A stretch of 64,000 nucleotides of DNA from an uncultured Gemmatimonadales bacterium (GCA_963748815.1 CAVVKJ010000010.1:928001-992000); one strand, 5' to 3'; shown: positions 1-16,632, counted from the stretch's first letter. Numbers and translations: made by a program. Notes: generated by a model not told the origin, from the sequence alone.

Positions 1-2
1 TC

Positions 3-1716
3 CGGGAACTGGGACGGGGAGGCATGGGCGTCGTGTACCTCGCCACGCGGGACGACGACTCGTCGGGGTCGCTGGTGGCGCTCAAGACGCTGCGCGGCGG
101 GGCGCTCGCCACCGGCACGCTGCTCCGCCGATTCCTGTCGGAGCGCCGCATCCTCGCCACCCTGAACCACCCCTTCATCGCGCGGCTCCATGAGTCAGGC
201 ATCACCCCCGCCGGCGAGCCGTACTTCGCCATGGCCTACTGCGCCGGCGACTCGCTGGCCGAACGGGTGGCCCACGGTCCGGTCCCCGTCTCCGAAGCGC
301 TGCGGGTGGCACGGCAGCTCGCCGAGGCGCTGTCGGCGGCGCACGCGGTCGGCATCATCCACCGCGACATCAAGCCAGCCAACGTGCTCTTCACCGGGAC
401 GGGAGACGTGCAACTGACCGATTTCGGCGAGCTGATCGGCGCCCTCGGCAAGGTCCGGAGCCTGCGGGTCACCGCCCGCACCACCGCATTCGCCCTGAAG
501 CGGAGGGGGCTCGACCCCCGTGCGATCGCCAACGTCCTCGGCGTCACTCACGTACTGGAAGGCACCGTGCGACGGTCGGGTGACCGGATCAAGGTGACGG
601 TGCAACTGGTCCAGGCCATCGAGGGGACCATCGCTTGGACGGAGACCTACGACCGGATGGTCGAGGACATCTTCGACCTCCAGGAGAAGCTCGCCGCGGC
701 CATCGTCGCCGAACTGGCCCTGACGCTCGCACCTTCCGAGCCGAATACGACGACACCCCCGCAACTCGACCTCGCGGCCTACGACCTTTACCTCAAGGGA
801 CGGTTCTTTGCCGAGAAGCGGACGGCGCGCGGGCTGGAGCGGGCGGTGGAGTATTTCGGCCGCGCGGTGGAGCGAAACCCGGAGTATGCGGAGGCCCACG
901 CGGGGCTCGCGGACGCGTACATCATGCTCGCGGCCGTGTGCAATCGACGCCCCGGCGAGTGCATTCCCCTTGCCCGGGCCGCGATTGCGGAGGCGCTCCG
1001 GATCGGCAACGGGCTGGCCAACGTGCATGCGACCCATGGCAACCTGCTCTCGGCGTTCGAGTGGGAATGGGAGGAGGCCGAGCGCGAACTGCGGAAGGCG
1101 ATGGAGCTCGCCCCGGCCCACATCGCGGCGCGGCTGTACCTCGCCATCCAGCTCCAGCATCTCGGGCGCTGCGACGAGGCCATTGAACTGGCGAGCCAGG
1201 CGCTCACGCAGGACCCGCTCTCCCCGGCGCTCAACCTGGCGCTGGGACGCGCCCACCTGCACGCCCAGCGACCCGCGGAGGCGCTCAAGCCGCTCCGCAC
1301 CGCCATCGAGATCGCGCCCGGTCTCAGGATTCGGGCACCGGGAACTGGGTCACGCGCTCCTGGCGCTGAGGCGCGACGCCGATGCGCTGTCGGCATTCCG
1401 GCGCGGGGCGGAGAGCGGCGGGCCGAACGAGGTGGGCCAGCTGGCGTATGCGTTGAGTGTGCTGGGGGAGCGGGAGAGCGCCGAAGGGGTGTTGCGCAAC
1501 CTGCTCGCCAGCGAGGGGACCGATTACCTGCCGCCGTTCGGCGTCGCCTGCGCGTATGCCGGCCTGGGGGACCACGATGCGGCGTTCGCCTGGCTCGATC
1601 GCGGATTCGAGCAGCGGGCCGCGCAGATGAACTGCGTCAAGGTGGCCCCGGCCCTCGCCGGGCTTCGTGAGGACCGTCGCTTCGGCGCGCTGCTCGCCAG
1701 GATGGACATCCCGTGA
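3..1716 (+). pseudogene. Ser/Thr protein kinase + TolB-like domain + TPR repeats; 5'-partial, kinase C-lobe missing, frameshift near 1325
   Basis: Kinase motifs RELGRGGMGVVY, VALK, HRDIKPAN and DFG are followed directly by ELIGALGKVRSLRVTARTTAF...VLEGTVRRSGDRIKV (TolB-like) and then TPRs. The C-terminus (GHRELGHALL...LLARMDIP) continues in the 808..1716 frame. Confidence 0.8.
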
Positions 1717-3470
1717 GGGTCATCGTGACCCGCGCCCTGACGCTCGCCCTCGTCCTGCTGGGCGCCCTCGCGGGGCCCCTGTTGGCACAGAACGCGACGA
1801 TCCGCGGCCGGGTGACCGCGCCCGGCGTGGACATGCCGGTCCCCGGGGCCGACGTCATCGTCGCCGGCACCGCGCGGCGCACGTGAAACGGACTCGGCCG
1901 GGCGGTTCGAGCTGCGCGACCTCGCCCCGGGATCCGATCGAGATCCGTTGTCCGGGAGCCCGGCTACCAGGCCGTCACGATGCGCCTGACGCTGGCCCCG
2001 GGAGAGGTCAGGACTCTCTCCGTGCTCCTCGCCCCCGTCACCCCGATCGTCGATCCCATCACGGTAACGGCCACGCGCGACCCGCGCAGCCTCTCCAGCG
2101 TGGCGGCCGCCGTGTCGGTGGCGGACAGCCAGGCCATCCGGAGCGACCGCACGGTGGGGCTGGACGAGACCCTGCGCATGATGCCAGGGGTGCAGGCGCG
2201 CTCCCGCTACGGCACCGACGACATCAACCTCGGCATCCGGGGCTCGGCGGCCCGGGCCCGGCAGGCGGTGCGAGGGGTCGCGGTGCTGCTCGATGGCGTC
2301 CCCCTCTCGGAACCGGACGGCGTGGCGCGGCTGGACCTGATCGAGCTCGGCGCCGCGCGGCAGATCGAGGTGGTGCGCGGCCCCGTCTCCGCGCTCTACG
2401 CTGGGTCGTCCAACGGGGTGGTCAACGTGATCTCGCGGAGCGGATACGACAGTCCGGGCGTGACGCTGCAGGCGCAGGGAGGCTCGTACGGATTCGAGAA
2501 GTACTTCGGGCAGGCGGGGGCGGTCATCGACACCGGCCAGGGGAGTGTCTACCTGGCCGGGTCATACACGAACTCGGACAACTTCCGGCAGCACAGCGCC
2601 GGCTCCGTGGCTCGCGGCCTCCTGCGTACCGACTATCGCTTCCCTCCTCCCGCACCCATGCTCACGCTCGACGCCGAGGGGTCGCGGCTCGACACCGACC
2701 TGCCAGGATCGCTCACCCAGGCCCAGTTCGATGCCGATCCCGACGCCGCGGCCCCGTCCGCCGTGAACCTCGGATTCGCGCGCGCCGACACGCGCTACCG
2801 CGCCGGCGCCCGGCTGGTCCAGGGACTCGACGCGTCGGGCAACACCGAGGCGTCGGCGTACGGCTACTACGGCGGCCGGACGCTGTACTTCCCGACCCAG
2901 CGCTGGATCGTGGACCTCAACTTCCAGCGCACGCAGGTCGGCGCCCGGTACCGCGCCGCGCAGGTCGGGGGCGCGGCGCTCGAACTGGCCGCGGGCGTGG
3001 ACTACGACCACGTCCACGGCGCCGACCAGCGGTGGACGAACACCGGGGGGCCAGGCGGATTCACTCCTCGACCGCGGCACCGACGCCATCTCGAGCCTCG
3101 GGATCTACGGGCAGGGTGACTGGCGGGCGAGCCCGAACCGTCGACCTGACCCTCGGCATCCGCTACGACGCCGTGTCCTACGGGTTCACGAGCAGCTTTC
3201 CCGGGCAAGGTCCCGGCGCAGGACACGACGTACGACCAGTGGTCGCCGAAGCTCACGGCGTCGTGGCAGGCAGGGCGCCAACACGCTCGCCTACGCCTCG
3301 ATTGCGCGGGGCTTCGAGGTTCCGGCCGTCGGGTGAGCTGTCCGCCTCCCCCGGGAGTCGACCCTGAGCACCACGCTGCACCCGAAGACGCTGTGGAACT
3401 ACGAGGTGGGCGCCCGCGGCATGGTCGGACCGACCCTTCGGTACGACGCCGCGGTGTTCTACGCCGGGAT
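1713..3470 (+). pseudogene. TonB-dependent receptor (carboxypeptidase-regulatory-like N-domain, plug, partial barrel); several frameshifts, 3'-truncated
   Basis: GTG start overlaps the kinase stop; signal peptide ending LLAQNATIRGRV; plug motif IEVVRGPVSALY..GVVNVIS; barrel motifs GIRYD and LWNYEVGARG; similarity ends after DAAVFYA. Confidence 0.8.
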
Positions 3471-3536
3471 GCCGCCTGTCCCGGCGCGAGATGACTCCGG
3501 CCATCCCGCCAAGGCGCTTCAGCGTCCCCGCCGCCG

Positions 3537-4256
3537 CTACGGCCCCGGCGGCGCCGTCCCGAACGTCACGAAGGTGAAGAAGGTGCCATTGGTGAGCGTC
3601 GCGATGGTGTAGTACTCGCTGACCGTGCCGCCGACCGTCCGCGTCGCCGAGGTGTTTCCCGTCGGGCCGGTGACCGTGTTGCCGACATACCCGGAGCCGC
3701 CACCGGAAATGGTCCAGTCCACTGAGGCGCCGACCACCAGGTTGCCATAGGCATCGGTGACCCGTGCGACCAGCGGTTGCGGCGCGATGGTGAAGACGGT
3801 CGTACTCTGGCTGTCGCCGGAAAACGCCATGATGACCGTCCCCGGCCCGGGCACACCCGTGGCGGTGTAACTGACCGGCGATCCGGTCAGTCCCGCCGCG
3901 GTGGCGGTCGCGTGGTTGAGCCCCGCGCCGGAGACCGTGCCGATCGTCCAGACCGTCGAGGCGACGCCCTGGGAGTTCGTGTTGACCGGCCCGGCCGCGG
4001 CCACCGACCCGCCGCCCGCCGTGACCGCGAAGGTGACCGCCACGCCGGCCACCGGGTTGCCGCCCGCATCCGTGACCCGCGCCCCGATCGGGGTCGCCAG
4101 TGCCTCACCCACGGTCCCCGTCTGGACGCTCCCCGAGGCAAGTCCGATGGTGGTCGGCGACGACGATGGCCCGCTGCCACCGTCGCTGGAGCAGCCGGCC
4201 ACCAGCAGGAACGCCGCCGCCAGCCCGACCAGGTGCTTCGCAGGAATCCAGCGCAT
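3537..4256 (-). CDS. Lipoprotein with two bacterial Ig-like (Big-1-like) domains
   Basis: Lipobox LVAGC; repeated RVTDA.GN.V.G..V.F/W motifs. Confidence 0.8.
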   Translation of the reverse strand: MRWIPAKHLVGLAAAFLLVAGCSSDGGSGPSSSPTTIGLASGSVQTGTVGEALATPIGARVTDAGGNPVAGVAVTFAVTAGGGSVAAAGPVNTNSQGVASTVWTIGTVSGAGLNHATATAAGLTGSPVSYTATGVPGPGTVIMAFSGDSQSTTVFTIAPQPLVARVTDAYGNLVVGASVDWTISGGGSGYVGNTVTGPTGNTSATRTVGGTVSEYYTIATLTNGTFFTFVTFGTAPPGP

Positions 4257-4363
4257 CTCGTGCTCCCGCGCGACGCTCGCGCTCTTGGGTTGAGCCCTGC
4301 CCCACCCCGACCTCGGCGACGTCCCTCCACCGCTGGCCGGACGACAAAAAGTACTCGGGACGG

Positions 4364-5593
4364 CTACCGCACCCGCGTGATCCGCCCCTGGCGATCGACC
4401 CCGCGAATCGGTCCGGTCCGCAACTGTTCCCGCAGGTGCAGCATGCCCACGCCTGCCGCCCGCGGGGCGGTCGGGGAACTCGGCACGGTATAGGGGTCCG
4501 CCGTCGTATAGTCGACCGTGTAGGCCAGATCGGCGAGCGACCCGATCGAGATCGCGCTGAGCGGATTCGACCCCAGGTTGATGTATCCCGTCATCAGCTC
4601 ATTGACCATGACCGTTTCACGCCAGTGCCCGTCCTGCGTCCCGGGGCCACCGGTGTTTTCCACCGGCACGGGAAAGAGGCCGGGATAGGCAATGGAACCG
4701 CCCGCTGCATTGTAATACGAAATGGCCGAGCTGCCATTGAAGTAGGTCGAATCGGTCCCGCCGAAGGTCAGCAGTGACGGCGTGACGTAGGTCCAGAGCG
4801 AACCGAGGCCGAGGACGTGACCCATCTCATGGAGGATGACGGGCTTGAGGAGGTTCAGCGATTCGAGCTGCGGCATGTCCGCCGAGTCGAAGGTCATGTC
4901 TCCCACCAGCGTCAGGTAGCTGGGAAGCCGGACCCAGCAGGGGGACGCGCCGCCGAGAATGCCGCTCGGTCCATCGATGGGGGCCACCGAGGCGTAGATC
5001 AGCACCGACGTGATGGCCCGATCGATGGGAGGCGTGTTCTCGCCGCAGCTCGCCGAATCCGCGATGACCGTGTCGGCGGGAAAGTCCGCAACGACGATGC
5101 TGCTCCACCGGGCCGCCGCGTCGAGGAACGCCGCCCGCTGCGCTGGCGTCACCGCCGTGAGGAACTGTACCTCGACGCTGAAGGTGCTGGGGACCGCCGT
5201 GCCGAGGGTGGCGAAATACACCACGGCCGCCGTGTCGCCCGGGAGCGAGGCGATCGTCGTGTACCCGCTCATCGTGCTGCCCACGGTCCGCGTCACCGAC
5301 GTCTGTCCCAGCGCATTCGTCACCGTGGCACCAGCCGAGATCGTGCCGCCCCCCGTCGCGGACCAGTTGACGCTCGCGCCGGCGACCGGCATGCCGTCGG
5401 CGTCGTTGACCTGCACGACCAGCGGGAGCGCCGCGGTCTGGTTGAACTGCGCGTTCTGACCATTGCCGGACACCGCGACCACCGCGACCGGCTCCGGCGC
5501 CGGTTCCGGCGCGTTGCTGTCGCTGGAACACCCCGCCATCAGCCCCATCCCTGCCATGAGCCCGAGCAGGCTCCTGCCCTGATTCCACCGCAT
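4364..5593 (-). CDS. Lipoprotein with Ig-like domain + leishmanolysin (M8)-like zinc metallopeptidase
   Basis: Start MRWNQ preceded by GGGAG; lipobox LMAGC; HEMGHVLG, GGPGTQDGHWRE and NELMTG motifs. Confidence 0.85.
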   Translation of the reverse strand: MRWNQGRSLLGLMAGMGLMAGCSSDSNAPEPAPEPVAVVAVSGNGQNAQFNQTAALPLVVQVNDADGMPVAGASVNWSATGGGTISAGATVTNALGQTSVTRTVGSTMSGYTTIASLPGDTAAVVYFATLGTAVPSTFSVEVQFLTAVTPAQRAAFLDAAARWSSIVVADFPADTVIADSASCGENTPPIDRAITSVLIYASVAPIDGPSGILGGASPCWVRLPSYLTLVGDMTFDSADMPQLESLNLLKPVILHEMGHVLGLGSLWTYVTPSLLTFGGTDSTYFNGSSAISYYNAAGGSIAYPGLFPVPVENTGGPGTQDGHWRETVMVNELMTGYINLGSNPLSAISIGSLADLAYTVDYTTADPYTVPSSPTAPRAAGVGMLHLREQLRTGPIRGVDRQGRITRVR

Positions 5594-5760
5594 GCCAAGC
5601 TCCCTCGCGAGTGACTCGCGTAACAGTTCTGGCGGATCCAGGGGGCGACCCGACGGGTAACGACGTTTGCCTGCGTTTGGGCCCGCTTGCCAGCCAGAAC
5701 CCAACAGCGCCCGGGGATATCTCCCGGGCGCCGCGGAACTCGCTGCTGGACTGCCTTCGA

Positions 5761-8700
5761 CTACAGATCGTCCTCGGCCAGCCCGACCAGGACGGCGTCG
5801 GCCGGCACCTCGACCGCTTCCACCGGGGGTGGCGGCGGCGGGGGCTCGAAGCCCGGAGGCGGCTCGATGTCGATCTCGGCGTACCGGTAGATGCCGGTGC
5901 CGGCCGGGATCAGGTGCCCGATGATGATGTTCTCCTTGAGGCCGAGGAGGTCGTCCTTGGCCCCGCGGATGGCCGCGTCGGTCAGGACGCGGGTAGTCTC
6001 CTGGAACGACGCCGCCGAGATGAACGACTGCGTCGTGAGCGACGCCTTGGTGATGCCGAGCAGCACCGGCTCCGCGTTGGCCGGCTTCCCCTTCTTGCGC
6101 AGCACCCGGTCGTTCTCGTCGCGGAAGCTGAGCTTGTCCACCGTCTCCCCCTCGAGGAAGCCGGTGTCGCCCGGATCCACGACGCGCACCTTCTGCAGCA
6201 TCTGGCGCACGATCACGCCGATGTGCTTGTCGCTGATGCGCACGCCCTGCAGGCGGTACACCTCCTGCACCTCGTTCAGCAGGTATTCCTGCACCGCGCG
6301 GGGGCCCTTGATGCCCAGGATGTCGTGCGGGTTCACCGGGCCCTCGGTCAGGCGGTCGCCCGCGCGGACCTTGTCGCCCTCGTGGACCCGGAGGTGCTTG
6401 CCGGCCGCCACTTCGTACAGCTGCGGCTCCGCGCCCTCCTCCACCGGGTAGACGAAGATTTCGCGCTTGCCGCGCTTGATCTCGCCGAACTTCACGTGGC
6501 CGTCGACCTCGGCGATCGTGGCCGGGTCCTTCGGCCGACGGCCCTCGAAGAGCTCCGCCACCCGCGGCAGGCCGCCGGTGATGTCGCGCGTCTTGTAGGC
6601 CTGGCGCGGAATCTTCGTGACCGTGACACCCTTCGGCACCTTCACCGCCGGGGAGAGGAAGACCGTCTTGTCCTTGGCCTCCTTCTTTGTCTTGTTCGGC
6701 CACGCCACGTTGATCGGATACTCCTCGACCTTGAACTTCGGCGACCAGGGGTTCGCCTCGTCGGGGATTTCCATGGCCCGGCTCACCAGGTCGGTCGGCG
6801 ACCCGAGGATGATCCGGGAGCCCTCGGCCAGGATGTACTCCTGCGGGTCCTTCCGGTTCGGCGCATAGACCAGCACCGACGGATGGAGCTCCTTGTCCGG
6901 GTCGGCCACGACCACCACCGAGCGGAGGCCGGTCGACTCGTCAAGCTCCTCGCGGAGCGTGACGCCGGGGACCAGGTCCTTCCAGCGGAGTTCGCCGTCG
7001 ACCTTGATGATGCTCGGATCGTTGTACGGGTCCCAGGTGTAGAGAACCGTGGCCCGCGCGCCCTGCCGCTGGTCCACCTTGGCCACCGTGTCGCCGACCT
7101 TGACCTGCAGGAGGGCGCCTTCCGGCACCGGGAAGCGGTTCAGCACCCGCTTCTTGTCCTTCGGGTCGGTGATGAGGATGCCTTCCTTCATTTCATCCGT
7201 CGCCGACTCGTCCTCGCGCGTGAGCGCGATGCGGATCTGGCCCTTCTCGCCGTCTTCGTACTCGACCGGCAGGTCGGCGAACTCGAGGTCCGGCGTGTAG
7301 TGCACCGCGCCGTCGGACCGCGCGCGCCGCTCCGCCTCTTCGGCGATGCGGGCGGAGGTGCCGCCGATGTGGAAGGTCCGGAGCGTCAGCTGCGTGCCCG
7401 GCTCGCCGATCGACTGCGCCGCCAGGATGCCGACCGCCTCGCCCATGTCCACCATTTCCATGGTGGCGAGGTTGCGGCCGTAGCACATCCGGCAGACGCC
7501 GCGGCGGGCCTCGCAGGTGAGCACCGAGCGGATCTTGACCCGGTCGATGCCGGCCTCGTCGATTTCGTCGGCCACATCTTCCTTGATCAGCTGCCCCGAG
7601 GCGACGAGGAGCTTCTGGTCGCCGTCCTCGTCCATCTTGTTCGGGTCGTAGACATCTTCGAGCGCCACCGCGCCGAGCACGCGCTCCCGCAGCGACTCGA
7701 TGACATCCTCGCCTTCCTTGAGCGCGCTGATCTCCAGGCCGAGGATCGTGCCGCAATCCTCCTCGGTGATGGTGACGTCCTGCGCCACGTCGACCAGGCG
7801 GCGGGTCAGGTACCCGGCGTCGGCCGTCTTGAGCGCCGTGTCCGCCAGGCCCTTTCGGGCGCCGTGCGTCGAGATGAAGTATTCGAGCACCGTGAGGCCT
7901 TCACGGAAGTTCGACTTGATCGGGCTCTCGATGATTTCGCCGATGCCGCCGGTCAGCTTCTTCTGCGGCTTGGCCATCAGGCCGCGCATGCCGGCCAGCT
8001 GCCGGATCTGGTCGCGGCTGCCGCGGGACCCGGAATCGAACATCATGAAGACGGGGTTGAACCCGCCGCGCGAGGCGCCCATGTGCTTGATCATCGCCTC
8101 GGCCACGTCGTTGTTGGCGTGGGTCCAGGCGTCGATCACCTTGTTGTATCGCTCGCCGAAGGTGATCTGGCCGGTGTTGTAGGCGCGCTGGAACCGCTGC
8201 ACCCGCTTGTCGGCCTCCTCGAGGAGGGTCACCTTCTCGGCCGGGATTTCGAGGTCCTCGATGCCGATCGAGATGCCGCCCGCCGTCGCGTACCGGAAGC
8301 CGAACTCCTTCAGGCGGTCGAGGAAGATGACCGTGTCGGCGAGCCCGGCCTCGAGGAAGCTGGTCAGGACGAGCTGCGAGAGGAGCTTCTTCCGCATGAG
8401 GGCGTTCCGGAAGCCGCCGCTCTGGATGATCTTGACCGGGATGATGCTGTTGAACAGCACCCGGCCCGCCGTGGTCGGCACCCAGCCGGCGTCGCGCGCC
8501 GGGACGGACCCGGCCGGCGGCGCGAACCAGTAGAAGATCGTCGTCTGGTAGTCGACGGTGCCGTGCAGCAGCGCCATCTCGATTTCCGCGAGCGTCGAGA
8601 AGAACGGCGCGCTCTTCCACCCCAGGCTCCGCTTCGTCAGGTCGACGAGGGTGCCGGCCACCGGCTCCTCGGCGCCCGGCGGCAGCTTGGTGAGGAAGTA

Positions 8701-10335
8701 CGACCCCAGCACCATGTCCTGCGACGGCTCGGCCACCGGGCGGCCGTCCGACGGCTTGAGGATGTTGTTGGACGCGATCATCAGCACCCGCGCCTCGATC
8801 TGCGCCTCGAACGACAGCGGCACGTGCACCGCCATCTGGTCACCGTCGAAGTCGGCGTTGAACGCCGCGCAGACGAGCGGGTGGATCCGGATGGCCTTGC
8901 CCTCGACCAGCACCGGCTCGAACGCCTGGATGCCGAGGCGGTGGAGCGTCGGGGCGCGGTTGAGGAGCACCGGGTGGTCCTGGATGATCTGCTCCAGGAT
9001 CTCGTACACCTCGGGGCTTTCCTTCTCGACGATCTTCTTGGCGCGCTTGACCGTCTCCGCGATCCCGTTCTCCACCAGCTTGTGGATGATGAACGGCTTG
9101 AAGAGCTCGACGGCCATCGCCTTGGGGAGGCCGCACTGGTGGAGCCGGAGCTCCGGGCCCACCACGATGACCGAGCGGCCGGAGTAGTCCACCCGCTTGC
9201 CGAGCAGGTTCTGGCGGAACCGGCCCTGCTTGCCCTTGAGCATGTCGCTCAGCGACTTCAGCGGGCGCTTGCCGCGGCCCCGGATCGCCTTGCTGCGGCG
9301 CCCGTTGTCGAACAGCGCGTCCACCGCCTCCTGCAGCATCCGCTTCTCGTTCCGGAGGATGACCTCCGGGGCGCGATGCTGGATGAGCTTCTGGAGCCGG
9401 TTGTTCCGGTTGATGACGCGGCGGTACAGGTCGTTCAGGTCGCTCGTGGCGAAACGCCCGCCGTCGAGCGGCACCAGCGGCCGGAGGTCCGGCGGGATGA
9501 CCGGCACCACGTCGAGGATCATCCAGGCCGGGTTGTTCGGCAGGTCGCCGGAATCGCCCGAACTGAGCAGCGCGTCGACGATCTTGAGCCGCTTGAGCAT
9601 CTGCTTCTTGCGGTGCTGGCTCGTCTCCGTGGCCACGCCGGCGCGGAGCTCGTCGGCGAGCTTCTTGATGTCGATCCGGCTCAGCAGCTCCCGGACCGCC
9701 GGGGCGCCGGTGTCGGCCTTGAACATGGTGTCGCCCATGTCGCGGGCCTTCTGCTTCATGGCCAGGAACTCATCTTCGTCGAGCAGCTGGTTCTGCTTGA
9801 CGGCCACCACCTTGCCGTCCACTTCGACTTCCTGCTTGCCCGGCTCGATGACGATGTAGTTCGAGTAGTAGATGACGCGCTCGAGCTCCCGCAACGTGAT
9901 GTTCAGCAGGTTGCCCATCGGCGACGGCAGCGTCTTGAAGAACCAGATGTGCGCCACCGGCACGCTGAGCTCGATGTGGCCCATGCGCTCACGGCGGACC
10001 TTCGACAGCGTGACCTCGACGCCGCACCGGTCGCAGATGACCCCGCGGTACCGGATCCGCTTGTACTTCCCGCAGTGGCACTCCCAGTCCTTGACGGGAC
10101 CGAAGATCCGCTCACAGAACAGACCGTCCTTCTCGGGCTTGAAGGAGCGGTAGTTGATGGTCTCCGGCTTCGTCACCTCGCCCCAGGACCACCAGGTCCG
10201 CTGCCCCTGGAGTTCCAGGCGCTCGCGCTCCTTGGTGTCGCGGGGGCCCCGGATTTCCTCGGGGGAGGCGATCCGGATGCTGATGTAGTCGAAGCTGGAG
10301 CTCTTGGGCTCCCGTCCGCTGCGAAAATCGATCAT
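5761..10335 (-). CDS. rpoC: RNA polymerase beta' subunit
   Basis: [12 protein letters not shown] catalytic motif; Zn-finger CHCGKYK...CDRC; 1524 aa, intact. Confidence 0.99.
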   Translation of the reverse strand: MIDFRSGREPKSSSFDYISIRIASPEEIRGPRDTKERERLELQGQRTWWSWGEVTKPETINYRSFKPEKDGLFCERIFGPVKDWECHCGKYKRIRYRGVICDRCGVEVTLSKVRRERMGHIELSVPVAHIWFFKTLPSPMGNLLNITLRELERVIYYSNYIVIEPGKQEVEVDGKVVAVKQNQLLDEDEFLAMKQKARDMGDTMFKADTGAPAVRELLSRIDIKKLADELRAGVATETSQHRKKQMLKRLKIVDALLSSGDSGDLPNNPAWMILDVVPVIPPDLRPLVPLDGGRFATSDLNDLYRRVINRNNRLQKLIQHRAPEVILRNEKRMLQEAVDALFDNGRRSKAIRGRGKRPLKSLSDMLKGKQGRFRQNLLGKRVDYSGRSVIVVGPELRLHQCGLPKAMAVELFKPFIIHKLVENGIAETVKRAKKIVEKESPEVYEILEQIIQDHPVLLNRAPTLHRLGIQAFEPVLVEGKAIRIHPLVCAAFNADFDGDQMAVHVPLSFEAQIEARVLMIASNNILKPSDGRPVAEPSQDMVLGSYFLTKLPPGAEEPVAGTLVDLTKRSLGWKSAPFFSTLAEIEMALLHGTVDYQTTIFYWFAPPAGSVPARDAGWVPTTAGRVLFNSIIPVKIIQSGGFRNALMRKKLLSQLVLTSFLEAGLADTVIFLDRLKEFGFRYATAGGISIGIEDLEIPAEKVTLLEEADKRVQRFQRAYNTGQITFGERYNKVIDAWTHANNDVAEAMIKHMGASRGGFNPVFMMFDSGSRGSRDQIRQLAGMRGLMAKPQKKLTGGIGEIIESPIKSNFREGLTVLEYFISTHGARKGLADTALKTADAGYLTRRLVDVAQDVTITEEDCGTILGLEISALKEGEDVIESLRERVLGAVALEDVYDPNKMDEDGDQKLLVASGQLIKEDVADEIDEAGIDRVKIRSVLTCEARRGVCRMCYGRNLATMEMVDMGEAVGILAAQSIGEPGTQLTLRTFHIGGTSARIAEEAERRARSDGAVHYTPDLEFADLPVEYEDGEKGQIRIALTREDESATDEMKEGILITDPKDKKRVLNRFPVPEGALLQVKVGDTVAKVDQRQGARATVLYTWDPYNDPSIIKVDGELRWKDLVPGVTLREELDESTGLRSVVVVADPDKELHPSVLVYAPNRKDPQEYILAEGSRIILGSPTDLVSRAMEIPDEANPWSPKFKVEEYPINVAWPNKTKKEAKDKTVFLSPAVKVPKGVTVTKIPRQAYKTRDITGGLPRVAELFEGRRPKDPATIAEVDGHVKFGEIKRGKREIFVYPVEEGAEPQLYEVAAGKHLRVHEGDKVRAGDRLTEGPVNPHDILGIKGPRAVQEYLLNEVQEVYRLQGVRISDKHIGVIVRQMLQKVRVVDPGDTGFLEGETVDKLSFRDENDRVLRKKGKPANAEPVLLGITKASLTTQSFISAASFQETTRVLTDAAIRGAKDDLLGLKENIIIGHLIPAGTGIYRYAEIDIEPPPGFEPPPPPPPVEAVEVPADAVLVGLAEDDL

Positions 10336-10405
10336 TGCTGCCTCATTCTTGAATCCGGTGTGGTTGCCACGCCGGCGGATAAATCAGTGTCGTGCGCGGG
10401 CGGCG

Positions 10406-14881
<4,476 letters not shown>

Positions 14882-14919
14882 GGCTCACTCTCATGCAACA
14901 CAAAGGGCCCCGGGACGGA

Positions 14920-14942
14920 GGCCATCACCAACGGTGATGGCC
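14920..14942. other. GC-rich hairpin in the rplL-rpoB spacer (possible attenuator or processing site)
   Basis: GGCCATCACC-AAC-GGTGATGGCC perfect 10-bp stem. Confidence 0.45.
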
Positions 14943-15022
14943 CCGCGGGGCTCGGACGTCGCTGGAATTCAGGACCAACGCAGGTTCGTCATGCCGTCTC
15001 GCTAAAGCAGGGTGGTCGCAGG

Positions 15023-15048
15023 CGCCCGCCGGGTCGTCCCGGCGGGCG
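15023..15048 (-). terminator. Hairpin immediately downstream of rplL (terminator/attenuator-like, no U tract)
   Basis: CGCCCGCCGGG-TCGT-CCCGGCGGGCG 11-bp stem. Confidence 0.45.
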
Positions 15049-15057
15049 GTGCGGGCC

Positions 15058-15432
15058 CTACTTCATTTCGACGGTGGCGCCCTGCTCTTCGAGCTTCTTC
15101 TTCAGTTCTTCCGCCTCGGCCTTGGAGATGCCTTCCTTGATGACGCCACCGGCGTCGACCAGGTCCTTGGCTTCCTTCAGGCCCAGGCTCGTGACTTCGC
15201 GCACGGCCTTGATGACCTGGATCTTCTTGGCGCCGCCGTCCTTCAGCACGACGGAGTACTCGCTCTGCTCCTCGGCCGCCGGAGCCGCGCCCGCGCCCGC
15301 GCCGGCCGCCGGGGCGGCCATGACGGTCACGTTGAACTTCGTCTTGAAGGACTCGATCAGGTCCGCCAGCTCGATCACGGTCTTGTTGCCAATCGCGTCG
15401 AGAATCTGCTCATTGCTCATCGTGGTGCTCAT
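15058..15432 (-). CDS. rplL: 50S ribosomal protein L7/L12
   Basis: [24 protein letters not shown] motif; start MSTTMS. Confidence 0.97.
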   Translation of the reverse strand: MSTTMSNEQILDAIGNKTVIELADLIESFKTKFNVTVMAAPAAGAGAGAAPAAEEQSEYSVVLKDGGAKKIQVIKAVREVTSLGLKEAKDLVDAGGVIKEGISKAEAEELKKKLEEQGATVEMK

Positions 15433-15451
15433 CGGGATGTGCTCCGTCGGG

Positions 15452-15946
15452 TTAGGATGCCGCGGCGCTGCGCTGCTCACGCAGTGCCTCGAGTGCGCCG
15501 ACCATGGTGTACAGGACGCTGTTCATTGCGCCGGCCATCTGGGCCAGCAGGACTTCGCGCGGCGGAATCTCGCCCAGCCGCTTGACGTGGGCCGCCGTGA
15601 CGGTCTCGCCGTCGACCCGGCCCATCTTGACCGTGGGCTTGTCGCCGAACTCCTTGGCGAACTCGGTCAGCACCTTGGCGGCCGCGAGCGAGTCGTGCGA
15701 CAGCACGAGGCCGGTCGGGCCGGTGAAGTGCGCGTCGAGCCCCTCGATCTGGTTGGCCGCGAGGGCCCGCTGCGCCAGCGTGTTCTTGACGACGACGTAG
15801 TTGGCGCCGGCCGCCCGGAGGCGACGACGGAACTCCGTCATGCGCAGCACGTTCAATCCGCTGAAATCCGTGACATAGACATTGGGAGACGCCTTCAGGG
15901 CTGCCGTCAGGGTCTCGACCTCGGCCTGTCGTTCGGTCTTGCTCAT
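15452..15946 (-). CDS. rplJ: 50S ribosomal protein L10
   Basis: DFSGLNV...VVKNTLA...FTGPT motifs; position in cluster. Confidence 0.96.
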   Translation of the reverse strand: MSKTERQAEVETLTAALKASPNVYVTDFSGLNVLRMTEFRRRLRAAGANYVVVKNTLAQRALAANQIEGLDAHFTGPTGLVLSHDSLAAAKVLTEFAKEFGDKPTVKMGRVDGETVTAAHVKRLGEIPPREVLLAQMAGAMNSVLYTMVGALEALREQRSAAAS

Positions 15947-16632
15947 TTGTACCCCGCCGTCTCGAGCCGCACGCCGGGTCCCATGGTGCTGGAGACCGTC
16001 GCCGACCGGATGTAGACGCCCTTGGCCGCAGCCGGCTTGGCCCGCAGAATGGTGTCCATGAACGCCTGGAGGTTTTCCGCCAGCTGCGCCTCACTGAACG
16101 AGGCCTTGCCGATCGGGACGTGCACGTTGCCGGTCTTGTCGACCCGGAACTCGATCTTGCCCGCCTTGATTTCCTTGACGGCCTTGGTCACGTCGAGCGT
16201 GACGGTGCCGGCCTTCGGGTTCGGCATCAGGCCGCGCGGGCCGAGGACCCGGCCGAGCTGGCCGAGCTGACCCATCACGTCGGGCGTCGCGACGATGACG
16301 TCGCACTCGAGCCATCCGTCCTTCAGCTTCTGGAGGTACTCGACGCCGACGAAATCCGCCCCGGCGGCCTCGGCCTCCTGGACCTTTTCGCCCTGCGTGA
16401 CGACCAGCACCCGGACCGACTTGCCGGTGCCGTGCGGCAGCACGACGGTGCCCCGGACGACCTGGTCCGCGTGCCGCGGATCCACGCCGAGCCGGACCGC
16501 CACGTCCACCGTCTCGTTGAACTTCGCCTTGGCGGCGGCCTTGACGGCGGCGCACGCCTCGGAACTGGTGTAGGTCCGGTTGCGGTCGACCGTGGCCGCC
16601 GCGGCGAGGTACCGCTTTCCGTGGCTGGGCAT
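15943..16632 (-). CDS. rplA: 50S ribosomal protein L1
   Basis: [29 protein letters not shown] and SSTMGPGV motifs. Confidence 0.98.
   Translation of the reverse strand: MPSHGKRYLAAAATVDRNRTYTSSEACAAVKAAAKAKFNETVDVAVRLGVDPRHADQVVRGTVVLPHGTGKSVRVLVVTQGEKVQEAEAAGADFVGVEYLQKLKDGWLECDVIVATPDVMGQLGQLGRVLGPRGLMPNPKAGTVTLDVTKAVKEIKAGKIEFRVDKTGNVHVPIGKASFSEAQLAENLQAFMDTILRAKPAAAKGVYIRSATVSSTMGPGVRLETAGYK

Noticed and set aside
5594..6703. N-terminal extension of the 779-aa ORF 4364..6703
   Set aside because: Overlaps rpoC in another frame; the real start is the MRWNQ lipoprotein signal at 5593 with its own SD.
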